From the NCBI GenBank assembly GCA_013239625.1, contig MU057344.1, positions 1,366,276 through 1,430,275 on the forward strand: a stretch of 64,000 nucleotides of DNA, in the 5' to 3' direction. The stretch's first letter is position 1, and every line of letters begins with the position of its first letter. The notes beneath the pieces are model-generated. The model ran no database searches, was not told where the DNA came from, and saw nothing but the letters and a program-made list of their open reading frames with translations. Below, one piece after another: positions 63,340 through 64,000 of the stretch. A program made the translations under genes and the position numbers. This DNA is from Lama guanicoe (Eukaryota).

Positions 63340-64000
63340 CGGAAATGAAATAATGTTAGAAATACAACAAACGGGTGCAGCTGCTACAGGTACCGGCTGT
63401 GTCAGCACAGAGGCGGAGGGAACACAAACGTGACGAGCGGAAGCAGAGAAGAGACAGAAAGGGCCCAAAATGAACCTCTAGAGATGAAAAAATATACATA
63501 TATGGTCTGAAACGGGAACATACACTGAATGGGTTTACGTGCAGATTAAAGCTGCAGGACACTGTTTCAAAAAGAAAAAAAGATCAATGGGATCTTTTAA
63601 GAAAGTAACAGAAATTATCCAAAGTTATAAACAGGAAAAAAAAGACTGAAAAAATGGAAAAAGCCACAGTCAGTGCAGTAATAGGAAGCTGTCTAACGTC
63701 CATGCCGTTGGCATCTCTTGTGGGGCGGAAGGAGAAGAAAGAGGGGGAAGTATCTGAAGAAATTCTTGCTGAAAATATTAAACATTTGATTAACAGCAAC
63801 AACAACACTGCAAACTCACAGATGCAAGGATCTCAACAAGCTCCAAGCAGAAAAAACAAGACAAACACCAAGTGTATCATCATCAGATGCTAAGGAGTTA
63901 AGGGGAAACTCTTATAAGCAGCCAGAGAATAAAAGGCATATTACGTACCAGTGAACAAAACGTATAAGTGAATTTCTCATCAGAAACTGTGCAAGGCAGA
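63340..64000 (+). mobile_element. LINE-1 ORF1 remnant, sense strand, running off the window end
   Basis: A-rich. The translation SEEILAENIKHL..QMQGSQQAPSR..CIIIR (63654-63893) resembles ORF1p FEEIMAENFPNL..QIQEAQRTPSR..HIIIK; tttctcatcagaaactgtgcaaggcaga encodes an FSSET-like motif. Confidence 0.85.

Overview
This is GC-rich placental-mammal genomic DNA (about 60-65% GC by eye) from a draft assembly with three N gaps; it is not prokaryotic. The only credible protein-coding gene is the intronless actin-related gene ACTRT2 (40942-42075, + strand, 377 aa), with an AATAAA signal 67 nt after the stop. In human, ACTRT2 lies in the gene-poor interval between TTC34 and PRDM16, so the window is probably part of the PRDM16 upstream regulatory region (inference from synteny). 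The rest is non-coding: short AT-rich, homeobox/FOX/SOX-motif-rich islands that look like conserved enhancers, ancient repeats (L1M fragments, MLT1/MLT2 and ERV1-type LTRs, MIR, L2, MER53) and simple repeats. The hundreds of other ORFs are explained by stop-codon scarcity in GC-rich DNA. I found no convincing new multi-gene system. The most unusual signals are: sharply bounded GC/CpG-rich patches inside old AT-rich repeats (candidate fossil GC-biased gene conversion tracts), an out-of-frame uORF overlapping the ACTRT2 start, a perfect 28-bp palindrome at a repeat junction, and a near-identical 161-bp tandem duplication beside a putative enhancer. Repeat family names and boundaries come from recalled consensus sequences and are approximate.
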